Below are positions 1-9,154 of a DNA stretch of 48,359 nt, in pieces. How positions within the stretch are numbered: position 1 is the stretch's first letter; each line of letters opens with the position of its first letter. Below the pieces are notes generated by a model. It saw only the letters and a program-made list of their open reading frames with translations. It made no database searches and had not been told where the DNA came from. Position numbers and translations under genes: made by a program. Source of the DNA: Candidatus Micrarchaeota archaeon (GTDB lineage: Archaea > Micrarchaeota > Micrarchaeia > Anstonellales > Bilamarchaeaceae); contig JBFMEZ010000026.1 in NCBI GenBank assembly GCA_040753215.1, positions 1 to 48,359 on the forward strand. Direction: 5' to 3'.

Positions 1-128
1 TGATAAGCGGTGGTTTGGTTGGGAGGTTGCACAAAGAAGGGAAGACAGAATCGAAACCGCCATAACCTGCGCTAATCTATGGCACAACCTATTCAACCTC
101 TATGCCGCTTAATTCTGTCCCACAGCCC
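1..128 (+). mobile_element. Right end of an IS element (transposase tail plus putative TIR TTCTGTCCCACAGCC at ~113-127)
   Basis: Transposase-like tail directly followed by a TIR-like sequence; the partner end is outside the window. Confidence 0.45.
2..112 (+). CDS. C-terminal fragment of a transposase (runs off window start)
   Basis: Frame 2 reads DKRWFGWEVAQRREDRIETAITCANLWHNLFNLYAA*, resembling the K/R..FG...HNL C-terminus of archaeal DDE (IS5/ISNCY-like) transposases; followed by TTCTGTCCCACAGCC, a possible terminal repeat. Confidence 0.6.
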   Translation, partial: DKRWFGWEVAQRREDRIETAITCANLWHNLFNLYAA

Positions 129-142
129 CGTTTCCAGCAAGC

Positions 143-375
143 ATTAAAACCCCTTCCCGCCCTTATTCCTTTGATGGCCGACTTCAAGAGCGCCTCGCAG
201 TCAAAAACGCGGGGGAAGCGTCCCCCCCATTTTTAGACGTCATTCTGACCCCCCTCCACTTCCCTTAGAAACTCTTCGCACGCACTCCTTACGCATCGCT
301 ATTTTCGGGTTATCATAATAGATTAAAACCCCTTCCCGCCCTTATTCCTTTGATGACCGACTTCAAGAGCGCCTC
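143..375. repeat. 54-bp direct repeat (143-196 / 322-375, 1 mismatch) of the promoter and 5' end of the GNAT gene, flanking hairpin element E1
   Basis: ATTAAAACCCCTTCCCGCCCTTATTCCTTTGATG(G/A)CCGACTTCAAGAGCGCCTC occurs twice, 179 bp apart. Confidence 0.95.
197..321 (-). mobile_element. Hairpin element E1 (putative integrative-element arm or scar)
   Basis: AAAAACGC-GGGGG-AAGCGT-CCCCCCCATTTTT..CATTCTGACCCCCC shared with E2/E3; CGCACTCCTTACGC (281-294) shared with E5 (48035-48048). Confidence 0.6.
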
Positions 376-922
376 ACTCCAGGAAGAAAAGGAGGAGAAG
401 GCAGCGCCCAAGCTCCGCATGCGCGCGCCCATAGACATTGAAGAGGCGGAGATAAAGCGCCTCACCCCCGCAGACACGGAGGAGGTAACCAACATAATGC
501 GCAAGTGCCTCTTCGCGGTCACGGAAGACGAGGTGCGCGAGGTGCTGAAGCGCAACATGAGCTACGGAGCGTATGTGGGAAGGATGCTCGTGGCGGTCGG
601 GCTCGCCTGGGGAACGGGCTACAACCCCTCCAACCTTGAGCTTGAGAGCGGATACACAAATGCGATTTTCCTGGAGGATGATGCGGTCCTCCTCCCATAC
701 GAGGGGAAGGGCCTCCGCGAGCTGCTTGTGGACCACCGCGAGATGGAAGGTAGGGCAAGGGACCTCCGGTATGCTGTCACGATTACAACCCCACTGAATC
801 CCGACGCCAACGTGGACGAGGTAATATCGCAGAGGGGCACAAAAACCGAAAGGGTGCTCATGAAGGCCGGATACAAATTCTACAAAACAAGAGTCGGGGT
901 AATCGCAGTAAAGCCTATTTAG
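353..922 (+). CDS. GNAT-like N-acetyltransferase
   Basis: Motif-A-like AVLLPYEGKGLRELLV and C-terminal LMKAGYKF; ATG at 353 is about 25 bp after a TATA-like ATTAAAA. Confidence 0.65.
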   Translation: MTDFKSASLQEEKEEKAAPKLRMRAPIDIEEAEIKRLTPADTEEVTNIMRKCLFAVTEDEVREVLKRNMSYGAYVGRMLVAVGLAWGTGYNPSNLELESGYTNAIFLEDDAVLLPYEGKGLRELLVDHREMEGRARDLRYAVTITTPLNPDANVDEVISQRGTKTERVLMKAGYKFYKTRVGVIAVKPI

Positions 923-3609
923 TGCCTTTCCCCATACTCCCTCAGGAAAGAATCATACTCCATTAGCAGCTCGTGCGAGATGGAGGGCCTCCTCATCGAA
1001 AGCATCTGCAGCACCCTATCCGTATCTATTCTCGGCTCCCTCCCCGCAATCCTCTCCCTCACCATGTGCATCTTCACTTCCTGCGCAAGCGATGCTATGT
1101 CCGCGCCGGAAAACCCTTCCGAGAGCCTTGCCAGCTTCTCCAGGTCCAATCCCGCCGAAAATTCCCCAAAGTGTATCTTGAACAGCTGGACCCTCCCCTC
1201 AAGGTCAGGAGGGTGCACATAGAATATTTTGTCAAACCTTCCGGGGCGGAGTATCGCGGCATCCAGCAGCGAGGGCCTGTTCGTCGCACCCACGACCACC
1301 ACGCCCTTCAGTTCCTTCAGCCCGTCCATCTCCGTAAGGAACTGCCCGACTATGTCGCCTCTTCCCATGCCGCGCGCGGGCGCAATAGTCTCTATCTCGT
1401 CCACGAAAACAACCGCGGGCGGGTTCTCGCGCGCACGGTTGAACGTTTCCTTGATTACGCCTGCCGCATTCGCTGCGCCCTGCTTCATCAGCTGTGCCCC
1501 GCTCACGCTCAGGAACGTGATGTCCATCTCGTCAGCAGCCGCCTTCACCACGAGCGTCTTCCCGCACCCCGGAGGCCCGAACATCAGGATCCCCCTGCTC
1601 GGCCGCACCTTATACTCCTCCATCAGCTCCGGATGGAGCAGCGGAACCTCAATCGCCTCCCTGAACGCGTTCTTCACGTCCTCCAGGTCCGCAACATCGC
1701 CCCACCCCAGCTTCTTCTCCTCTTTCTCCGGAGGCTTTGCCTCCCTCGCCATCGAGCGCTCAAAATCCACCTTGAACTCCTCGTAATCCTCCAGCTGCGC
1801 AAAGGTTGTGCTCGGCTTGGTGAATTCCAGCACTTTCAGCAGGTGCCCCATGCCAACGGGCACTATTTTTCTCTTCTCCTTCGCCTCCTGCGCTGCCGCA
1901 TTCAGCGCCTCGCTCACCACGTTCTTTATGTCAGCGCCCGAATACCTGTCGGTCTTTTTCGCAAGCGCATCAAGATTCACATCGGGCGCGGTGGGCATTT
2001 TCGAAAGGTGAACCCTGAATATCGCCTTCCTCGCCTCGAAATCCGGGAGCGGCATGTAGATTATCTTGTCGAACCTGCCCGGCCTCATGAGCGCGGGGTC
2101 CAGCCTGTTCGGGACGTTTGTCGCACCAACCACGATTACCGGCTTTCCCCCTTTTTGGAAGCCGTCCAGCTCCTGCAGGAAAACGCTGAGCACGCGCGGC
2201 CCCACCTCTTCATGGCCCATCTCGGCCCTCTTTTTGGCGATGGCGTCAATCTCATCGAAGAACAGTATTGAAGGGGCGCTCTTCCGCGCGTTTGCAAAAA
2301 CTTCTGCGACATTTTTTTCCGATTCTCCAACCCACATGCTCATGATATCCGAGGATTTCACATAGGTATATGCGAAGCCCAGTTCCTTCGCCAGCGCCCT
2401 CATCAGCATCGTCTTTCCAGTCCCCGGAGGCCCGAAAAGAAGAACGCCGGCAGGAGGCTTAAGCCCGTACGCCTCCGCAAGCTCCTTCTCCTGCAGCGGG
2501 AGCATGATTGCGTCCCTCAGCTCTTTCTTCACCCCCTCGTATCCTCCTATGTCCTCGAGGCCCTCCATGGTTTCCTCCGGTCTTGCCGCCTCCATGCCGA
2601 ACTTCCCGAATTTTTTCATCCTCTCCTCCGCACGCAGCATCTTTTCCCGCGAGATTTTCACGCCTGCAAAATCCAGCGCCCAGATCACAGCCACGGAAGC
2701 AGCCGCATAGAAGGCCATCTGCGGCTGGAACGGGAAGCGCAGCGCAATTCCCATGAGGAAATAGAGGAGCGGGACAAGGAGCAGCGCCGCGGCGGACATC
2801 GCCTGCACCCACCTTCCCCTCAGTGTCCCGGAAAGCCACCCCACAAGGTAAAGCGCAGCCGCCCACACGGTGATCTGGAAGAGCCCGGAATCCATGAAAA
2901 GGAGCCGCATCATGTTGTCCCATATCTTCCCGAGGGCGGGGAAGACCTCCCTCGCGCCCCCGAAGTTGAACGCGTTGCCCAGCGCGGGCCCCACCGCGCC
3001 CGCGGCCTCCCCGAGCCCGACCGCCGGCCTGTCCACGGTGAGCGAATCCAGCCCCGGCTCATAGAGGCCCTTCGTTATGGGAAGGTAGGCGCTGTTGTCC
3101 ACAATCCATATTGAAGAGAGAATGAGTATCAGCAGGACCGCGGGAACGGAAATCAGCACGCTCTTCCTCGAGCCGAAGTGCAGGCTCCCCCATATCATGA
3201 ATAGATATATGAACCCCGAAAAGGGGGAGAGCGGAAAGGCCGCGAAGGGCGCGAGCACGACTATCTCCAGCAGCGCAATCACGCCCCAGTTGCCGAACAT
3301 CTCGAAAAGGACGGTTGCGAGTAGAAGAAGCCCGAGCCAGCCGAGTATGGTGCTCTGGTATGCGAGCGCAGGCAGGACCGCCACGAACCCGATAAGCAGC
3401 CCCAGCCAGGGAACCCTGAACGCGATTATCCCGCAGGCCAGTGCAATGAACAGCGCCACGGGCAAAGGATAGAAAGGAATCGCGGAGAGGAGGGACAACG
3501 CCCCCAGAAATACGAGAATGGAGTTCCAGAGCCCCTCGCTCTTCTCGGCCAGTTTGAGGTAGGTGATTACCTTCTGCTCGGCAAGGCTCCTCCCGACCAC
3601 CGTTCCCAT
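919..3609 (-). CDS. Multi-pass membrane protein fused to two AAA+ ATPase domains (CDC48-like D1-D2)
   Basis: About 320 hydrophobic N-terminal residues; Walker A GPPGTGKT and GPPGCGKT, Walker B FFDEID and FVDEIE, SRH RPGRFD twice. Confidence 0.9.
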   Translation of the reverse strand: MGTVVGRSLAEQKVITYLKLAEKSEGLWNSILVFLGALSLLSAIPFYPLPVALFIALACGIIAFRVPWLGLLIGFVAVLPALAYQSTILGWLGLLLLATVLFEMFGNWGVIALLEIVVLAPFAAFPLSPFSGFIYLFMIWGSLHFGSRKSVLISVPAVLLILILSSIWIVDNSAYLPITKGLYEPGLDSLTVDRPAVGLGEAAGAVGPALGNAFNFGGAREVFPALGKIWDNMMRLLFMDSGLFQITVWAAALYLVGWLSGTLRGRWVQAMSAAALLLVPLLYFLMGIALRFPFQPQMAFYAAASVAVIWALDFAGVKISREKMLRAEERMKKFGKFGMEAARPEETMEGLEDIGGYEGVKKELRDAIMLPLQEKELAEAYGLKPPAGVLLFGPPGTGKTMLMRALAKELGFAYTYVKSSDIMSMWVGESEKNVAEVFANARKSAPSILFFDEIDAIAKKRAEMGHEEVGPRVLSVFLQELDGFQKGGKPVIVVGATNVPNRLDPALMRPGRFDKIIYMPLPDFEARKAIFRVHLSKMPTAPDVNLDALAKKTDRYSGADIKNVVSEALNAAAQEAKEKRKIVPVGMGHLLKVLEFTKPSTTFAQLEDYEEFKVDFERSMAREAKPPEKEEKKLGWGDVADLEDVKNAFREAIEVPLLHPELMEEYKVRPSRGILMFGPPGCGKTLVVKAAADEMDITFLSVSGAQLMKQGAANAAGVIKETFNRARENPPAVVFVDEIETIAPARGMGRGDIVGQFLTEMDGLKELKGVVVVGATNRPSLLDAAILRPGRFDKIFYVHPPDLEGRVQLFKIHFGEFSAGLDLEKLARLSEGFSGADIASLAQEVKMHMVRERIAGREPRIDTDRVLQMLSMRRPSISHELLMEYDSFLREYGERH

Positions 3610-3644
3610 GCGGCGGAATCTTCTTTAGTAATTAAAAACATTAG

Positions 3645-4508
3645 CTAGTAGAGCAGCGCGCCGGCAGCCGCGTACGAAACATCCAGTTCCCAGGCCATCT
3701 TCTCGATTTCTTCCGGCCGCCTGCCGGCATCATGGGCGAAAATCCCGATGACCCCAATCCTGTCCCCAGCCGGAAACGCCCTCATCTTGCCGGCAATAAG
3801 CGGAAGTATTCCGGCCCCGTCCCGCGTGTGCAGCATCCTCCCGACCGTCCCGAAATCCCTTGCCCTGTCAGCGGCGTCCATGAGCCTCTCCAGGTACGCG
3901 CTCCCATAATAGAATAGATTAACATCCTCGATTCCCGCCGCCCTGAGCCACTCTTCAAACGGAAACATGGTCCCGGAAACGCCCGCCCTTCCTATCCTTC
4001 CGTCCGATGCCGCCTTTTGTACGTGCCTCCTGAGGAGCAGGAGTATCTGCTCTTCCTTCCCGCCCGGAGTGTTCTCCATCTCGTCCCTCAGCAGGGCGCC
4101 CGCAAACTCCCTCGGGCCGCACGCATTCTCCTCCCCGCGCATCCCTATCAGAACCCTCAGCGCATCCCCCTGCACCCACGCGGGCATATTCGCAACCCTG
4201 CGCAGCACGTCAGAGTTCACTGCCCCGCCTGCGCCAATCTCCACCCTGCCGCTGGCAGGCATTTCCCAGAGCCTCCTGCGCACTATGCCGAAATAATCCG
4301 CGTCCGAGAGGTCCACGGGGTTCCCCCTCCTCCCTTCCGTGAGGCATGAGACTGCAAAAAGGCGCTCCCTGCTTCGCTCCGGGAAACTGAAGATGAAGGC
4401 ATCCACGCGCTTCCTCTCCTCCGGGTGCACGCGCAGCCCTATCATCCTCTGCGTCGGGGGCCTTTCCTTCCCCACAAATATCTTTGGATAAGCAAATTCA
4501 GCACACAT
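3645..4508 (-). CDS. hypothetical protein
   Basis: 287-aa ORF filling the intergenic space, with an AT-rich TATA-like upstream region; no recognisable motif. Confidence 0.6.
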   Translation of the reverse strand: MCAEFAYPKIFVGKERPPTQRMIGLRVHPEERKRVDAFIFSFPERSRERLFAVSCLTEGRRGNPVDLSDADYFGIVRRRLWEMPASGRVEIGAGGAVNSDVLRRVANMPAWVQGDALRVLIGMRGEENACGPREFAGALLRDEMENTPGGKEEQILLLLRRHVQKAASDGRIGRAGVSGTMFPFEEWLRAAGIEDVNLFYYGSAYLERLMDAADRARDFGTVGRMLHTRDGAGILPLIAGKMRAFPAGDRIGVIGIFAHDAGRRPEEIEKMAWELDVSYAAAGALLY

Positions 4509-4565
4509 GCGTTAATATTTACAGACACATTTTTATAAACCATTTGGAAATTAGAAAATAAGAAT

Positions 4566-4639
4566 CGCCCTCAAGGGGATTTGAACCCCTGTTCCGAGCT
4601 CCGCAGGCTCGCGTCCTATCCAGGCTAGACTATGAGGGC
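4566..4639 (-). tRNA. tRNA-Arg (anticodon GCG)
   Basis: Reverse complement folds as a cloverleaf: acceptor GCCCTCA/TGAGGGC, anticodon arm CGAGC-CTGCGGA-GCTCG, T-arm AGGGG-TTCAAAT-CCCCT; CCA not encoded. Confidence 0.95.
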
Positions 4640-4686
4640 TAATCAGTTTCCAGTTACCCGTTTCCGGTTCCATGCCATCTTATTTA

Positions 4687-4855
4687 TAGGGTGTTGCAAA
4701 TTTAAAACCGATGCCAATTAGTTGTTGTCTCCAGGTCTTGCAGTTGTCTCCATGTCTTGCATGGTCTTCAGGTCTTCGGAAACTTACAGGACTCCAAGAC
4801 CCCAAGACTAGGGGACCACAGGGATTATGCCGCATTCGTAATTTGCAACAGGCTC
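4687..4855. mobile_element. MITE-like non-autonomous element with IS5-like terminal inverted repeats
   Basis: TAGGGTGTTGCAAATT ... AATTTGCAACAGGCTC (13/16 inverted repeat); internal GTCTCCA(G/T)GTCTTGC repeats; partial inverted copy at 47341-47452. Confidence 0.75.
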
Positions 4856-4931
4856 CTTATTTACGGCTAAAGCATTATTTAAAATCTTTGCAAACAACTA
4901 TTCTGTCACTACTAGCTTCAGGGTGTGCCAC

Positions 4932-6020
4932 GTGACAATTGAGAATAAGATAAAAGAACTCACTTCTGCCCCGGCTTCCAAGGAGGACGAGGAGATACTA
5001 AAGTTCATTGAGGAGGCGAAGCCGAGGGTGTACGTCGTCGGCGCGGGAGGCAGCGGGACTAACACGATAGACCGCCTCTTTGAACTGGGCGTGGACGGGG
5101 TAACGCTGATAGGGATGAACACTGACGCCCGCCACCTCCTGAAAATCCGCGCGAACAGGAAAATCCTCATCGGGAAGCAGCTCACGAAGGGAAGGGGCGC
5201 TGGCAGCAACCCCGAAATCGGCGCTAACGCGGCGAAGGAGAGCATAAACGAAATCAAGGAGGCGATAAAGGACGCGAACATGGTCTTCGTCACGTGCGGG
5301 CTGGGCGGAGGCACCGGCACCGGTTCCGCACCCGTAATCGCGGAGGAGGCGAAAAAGCTCGGGGCGCTTACCGTTGCGGTGGTCACGCTCCCCTTCACCT
5401 CAGAAGGAAGGGTGAGGATGGAGAATGCCCTCGCCGGGCTGGAGGCCCTCCGCAAGAACACAGACACCCTAATCGTAATCCGCAACAACAAGCTGCTCAC
5501 GATCGCCCCCGACCTTCCGTTGAACACCGCATTCAAGGTATGCGACGAGGTGCTCGCGGGCTCCGTGAAGGGAATCGCGGAGCTCATCACCAAATCCGGG
5601 CTCGTGAACGTGGATTTCGCGGACCTGAAAACAATTCTCAGCGCCGCCGGCTATGCGGTAATCGGGCTGGGCGAGGCGTCCGTGGATGCGAAGAGCGAGG
5701 AGCGCTCCACCATCGCGATAGAGACTGCGCTGAATTCCCCGCTCCTTGATTCCGACATTTCTACCGCCAACCGCGCACTCATAAACGTAATCGGGGGCGA
5801 GGACATGACGCTCCGGGAGGCGGAGCTGATAGTTTCGGAAACCAGCAAGAGGATACACCCGAGCGCCCACGTAATCTGGGGCGCGAGGTTAGAGCCGAAC
5901 ATGCAGAAGGCGTCCATAAAGGTGCTCTGCGTGCTGGGAGGGGTGAAGTTCCCCAAATACACCATTGAGACCGAGCACACAAGCCCCGTGGAGGAGATAG
6001 ACCTGGAGGTAATCGGATGA
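4932..6020 (+). CDS. ftsZ: Cell division protein FtsZ
   Basis: GAGGSGTN, tubulin signature GLGGGTGTG, NVDFADLK; in the ftsZ-secE-spt5 cluster. Confidence 0.97.
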   Translation: MTIENKIKELTSAPASKEDEEILKFIEEAKPRVYVVGAGGSGTNTIDRLFELGVDGVTLIGMNTDARHLLKIRANRKILIGKQLTKGRGAGSNPEIGANAAKESINEIKEAIKDANMVFVTCGLGGGTGTGSAPVIAEEAKKLGALTVAVVTLPFTSEGRVRMENALAGLEALRKNTDTLIVIRNNKLLTIAPDLPLNTAFKVCDEVLAGSVKGIAELITKSGLVNVDFADLKTILSAAGYAVIGLGEASVDAKSEERSTIAIETALNSPLLDSDISTANRALINVIGGEDMTLREAELIVSETSKRIHPSAHVIWGARLEPNMQKASIKVLCVLGGVKFPKYTIETEHTSPVEEIDLEVIG

Positions 6021-6063
6021 TGAAATTCCCCAGAATTTTGTCATTTTTCACCGAGGTGAAAAT

Positions 6064-6219
6064 GTGAAGGAGTTCATCGAGCGCTGCCTGAGGATCCTGC
6101 ACATCGCGCGGAAGCCTTCGAGGAGGGAGCTTGACGAGATAATGAGGATTGCGGGGCTCGGCATCCTCGTCGTCGGCTTCACAGGCTTGGTCCTGTACGT
6201 AATATTCTCAATCATATAG
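6064..6219 (+). CDS. secE: Protein translocase subunit SecE / Sec61-gamma
   Basis: Not in the ORF track; MKEFIERCLRILHIARKPSRRELDEIMRIAGLGILVVGFTGLVLYVIFSII* has the typical RKP..E motif and one TM helix; RBS GAGGTGA. Confidence 0.92.
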   Translation: MKEFIERCLRILHIARKPSRRELDEIMRIAGLGILVVGFTGLVLYVIFSII

Positions 6220-6227
6220 GTGATTTA

Positions 6228-6680
6228 ATGATATACATATTCAGGGTTACAACCGGGCAGGAGAAGATTGTTTCCCAGATGCTCGAGAAGAAGGCCCGCG
6301 TCCAGAACCTCGCGGTCTATTCCCTCCTCGTGCCCGAGAACGTTAAGGGCTATGTTTTCGTTGAGGTCGCGAGCGACGAGGACGCGGCAAAGCTGGCGCA
6401 CAACACCCGCCACGTCAAGGGGATGCTCAAGAAGAACATAACAATAGAGGAAATACAGAAGATGGTCACCGTTGAGAAGCCGGCCTCCATGACCATCGAG
6501 GTCGGTGACATAGTGGAGATAAGGAGCGGGCCTTTCAAGGGCGAGAAGGCGCGCGTGACCAAGGTGGACGAGAACAAGGAAGAACTCGTAGTGGAGTTCG
6601 TGGAGATGGCCGTCCCTATCCCGACCACCATCAAAACCAAGATAGCGAAGCTGTTCAAGAAGGCGGGGGACGAGAGCTAG
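6228..6680 (+). CDS. spt5: Transcription elongation factor Spt5 (NusG)
   Basis: RVTTGQE, KGYVFVE, KOW motif VEIRSGPFKGEKARV. Confidence 0.95.
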   Translation: MIYIFRVTTGQEKIVSQMLEKKARVQNLAVYSLLVPENVKGYVFVEVASDEDAAKLAHNTRHVKGMLKKNITIEEIQKMVTVEKPASMTIEVGDIVEIRSGPFKGEKARVTKVDENKEELVVEFVEMAVPIPTTIKTKIAKLFKKAGDES

Positions 6681-6713
6681 CCGGTTCTCGGTTCCATGTT
6701 TCCAGTTCCCAGC

Positions 6714-7841
6714 TTACGCCCCCTTCCCTTTCCTTATCCTTATTTCCTTTTTCCCTTCTTCTCCCTTGATGTAAACAGTTCTCGTAGGGAAAGGTATGCT
6801 TATGCCCCTCTTCCTGAACTGGTGGTAGACCTCCTTCACCATCTCCCCCCTGACAGTATACCTGTCCACATAAGTGGGCACGTTCACGCCCACCTTGTAG
6901 GTGATCGCGCTGTCCCCGAAGGAATCCGCCCTTGCCCAAGGAGGCGCAACGGTGCTGATTATTTTCCCCGTCCTCTTCTCAACTTCCTTCGCCGCCTCCA
7001 GCAGCGCCTCCACGACCTTCTCCGGCTCGTCTTCATAGGACGCCGAGAAGTCCATCACATAGCCCATCCTCGCCTCCGGGCTGTAGAAATTCGTGATGAC
7101 GCTCTGCGCCATCTTTGAATTCGGCACGAACACGTAGTTGTTCGCGAGCGTGAGGATTTTTGTGCTCCTCCACCCTATCTCCACTACGGTTCCTTCCACG
7201 TTCACATCCTCTATCTTTATGTAATCGTTCGGCCTCACGGGCTTGTCCGCGAGCATATAAACGCCGGCGAAGAAGTTACCCAGCGTGTCCTGCAGGGCAA
7301 GCGCCACAGCAAGGCCCGCAATCCCCAGCCCCGCCACCAGCGGCGCAATCTCCACCCCGAGTTCGCTCAGTATGATTATTATGCCCAGCACATAGATGAG
7401 CACGCGCGCAATCTTCCTGAAGAGCGGGAATATCTCATCATCAAATTTTGTTGAGGTCTTCGGTGCAATCTCCCTCCCGTACCAGAGCATAGCGCCGTCC
7501 ACTATGCTGTCCAGGAGAATCACTGCCGCAGCAATCATAAGTATCTTGAATATCTCGAAGGTCGGATGCCCGAGCATTGTGGCACCCGGGTAGGCTACCT
7601 GCGCAGCGATGTACGCAGCCAGGATGATTGCGATTATCTTGAACGGCCGCCTCACCTTGTCCGCAATAACATCATCCAGCGTTGTCTTCGTCCTGCTGCT
7701 CACCTTCTTGAAAACTTTTATGAGAAGGGTTGCAAGTGAATAGAGGATGATGGCCGAAACCGCAAAAACCGCTGCCGCGAGCGTAACCTGCCCTCCCGGA
7801 AGCCCCACAAGGAGATTATACGCCTCTTCAAAAGAAACCAT
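6714..7841 (-). CDS. mscS: Small-conductance mechanosensitive channel (MscS family)
   Basis: GLGIAGLAVALALQDTLGNFFAG, IGWRSTKI, PNSK, IPFPTRTV. Confidence 0.93.
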   Translation of the reverse strand: MVSFEEAYNLLVGLPGGQVTLAAAVFAVSAIILYSLATLLIKVFKKVSSRTKTTLDDVIADKVRRPFKIIAIILAAYIAAQVAYPGATMLGHPTFEIFKILMIAAAVILLDSIVDGAMLWYGREIAPKTSTKFDDEIFPLFRKIARVLIYVLGIIIILSELGVEIAPLVAGLGIAGLAVALALQDTLGNFFAGVYMLADKPVRPNDYIKIEDVNVEGTVVEIGWRSTKILTLANNYVFVPNSKMAQSVITNFYSPEARMGYVMDFSASYEDEPEKVVEALLEAAKEVEKRTGKIISTVAPPWARADSFGDSAITYKVGVNVPTYVDRYTVRGEMVKEVYHQFRKRGISIPFPTRTVYIKGEEGKKEIRIRKGKGA

Positions 7842-7900
7842 GCTCCGCTTTTGAATGGCATTTATTTTAAATCATTAGCGTGAAATCAGCATGTGATTCC

Positions 7901-9145
7901 ATGCATCTGAAAGACAGGGATCCCGAGGTCTACTCACTGGTCCAGAAAGAAATCCGGAGGCAGCAGGAATGCATAGACCTCATCGCCTCTGAGAACTATG
8001 CGCCTGAGGAGGTGCTGGAAGCGACCGGCTCCGTCCTCACAAACAAATATTCAGAAGGTTATCCGGGAAAGAGATACTACGCAGGCAACGAGTACATAGA
8101 TGCGGTCGAAACCCTTGCGATAGAGCGCGCCAAGAAACTGTTCGGGGTGGACCATGCCAACGTGCAGCCGCACTCCGGCTCCACCGCGAACTACTGCGCA
8201 TACACCGCCCTCGTGCCCGCGGGGGAAACCATTATGGGGATGGAGCTTTCCCAGGGGGGCCACCTCACACACGGCTCGCCCGTTAATTTCTCAGGAAAGA
8301 CCTACAGGGTAGTGAGCTACGCGGTGGACAGGAAGACTGAGATGCTGGATTTCGACGCGATAAAAAAGCAGGCGATGGAGCACAGGCCGAAACTCATCAT
8401 CTGCGGCTACACGGCTTATCCCCGCACCGTCCATTTCGACAAATTCCGGGAAGTCGCGGACGCGTGCGGCGCCTACCTCCTCGCGGACATCTCGCACATC
8501 GCGGGCCTCATCGCCGGAGGCGCGCATCCCTCCCCCGCAAAAGATGCGGACGTGATTACGACCACCACGCACAAAACGCTCCGCGGCCCGAGGGGCGCAA
8601 TCATGATGTGCAGGGCGGAGTTCGCCCAGATGATAGACAAGGCGGTATTCCCCGGCGCGCAGGGAGGCCCGCTCGACCACGTAACAGCCGCAAAGGCGGT
8701 GTGCTTCCACAACGCGATGCAGGCTGATTTCAGGGAATATGCGCACCAGGTTGTGAAGAACGCGAAGGTTCTCGCGGAAGAACTGCAGGCGCAGGGGCTG
8801 CGCCTCGTCTCCGGAGGGACGGACAACCACCTCATCCTTGTGGACCTCACACCCATGGGCATAACCGGGAAGGACGCTCAGATCGCCCTGGAGAAGGCGG
8901 GCATAATCTGCAACAAGAACACGATTCCCTACGATACGCAAAAGCCTTTTATTGCAAGCGGCATAAGGCTGGGAACCCCCGCAATGACAACGCGCGGGAT
9001 GAAGGAGAGCGGGATGAAGGAAATAGCTGCATTGCTCATGAAGGCGCTGCACAGGAGAGCTGACGATGCCGCGCTGGCATCGGTAAAAGAGGAGGCAAAG
9101 GCCCTCTGCTCAAGGCATCCGGTATACAAAGAGTATCTGCACTAG
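7901..9145 (+). CDS. glyA: Serine hydroxymethyltransferase
   Basis: LIASEN, NKYSEGYPGKRYY, PLP-lysine motif TTTTHKTLRGPRG, SGIRLGTPA. Confidence 0.97.
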   Translation: MHLKDRDPEVYSLVQKEIRRQQECIDLIASENYAPEEVLEATGSVLTNKYSEGYPGKRYYAGNEYIDAVETLAIERAKKLFGVDHANVQPHSGSTANYCAYTALVPAGETIMGMELSQGGHLTHGSPVNFSGKTYRVVSYAVDRKTEMLDFDAIKKQAMEHRPKLIICGYTAYPRTVHFDKFREVADACGAYLLADISHIAGLIAGGAHPSPAKDADVITTTTHKTLRGPRGAIMMCRAEFAQMIDKAVFPGAQGGPLDHVTAAKAVCFHNAMQADFREYAHQVVKNAKVLAEELQAQGLRLVSGGTDNHLILVDLTPMGITGKDAQIALEKAGIICNKNTIPYDTQKPFIASGIRLGTPAMTTRGMKESGMKEIAALLMKALHRRADDAALASVKEEAKALCSRHPVYKEYLH

Positions 9146-9154
9146 GAGGATGAG

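Noticed and set aside
143..375. Direct repeats here and at 12054-12208 as a CRISPR mini-array
   Set aside because: Only two copies each, the repeats are host gene sequence, spacing is too long and no cas genes are present
973..2271. 432-aa plus-strand ORF
   Set aside because: Antisense shadow of the AAA ATPase; no protein-like motifs
4711..4935. 74-aa ORF (and the similar 47295-47492 ORF)
   Set aside because: Lies across the MITE; no evidence of coding function
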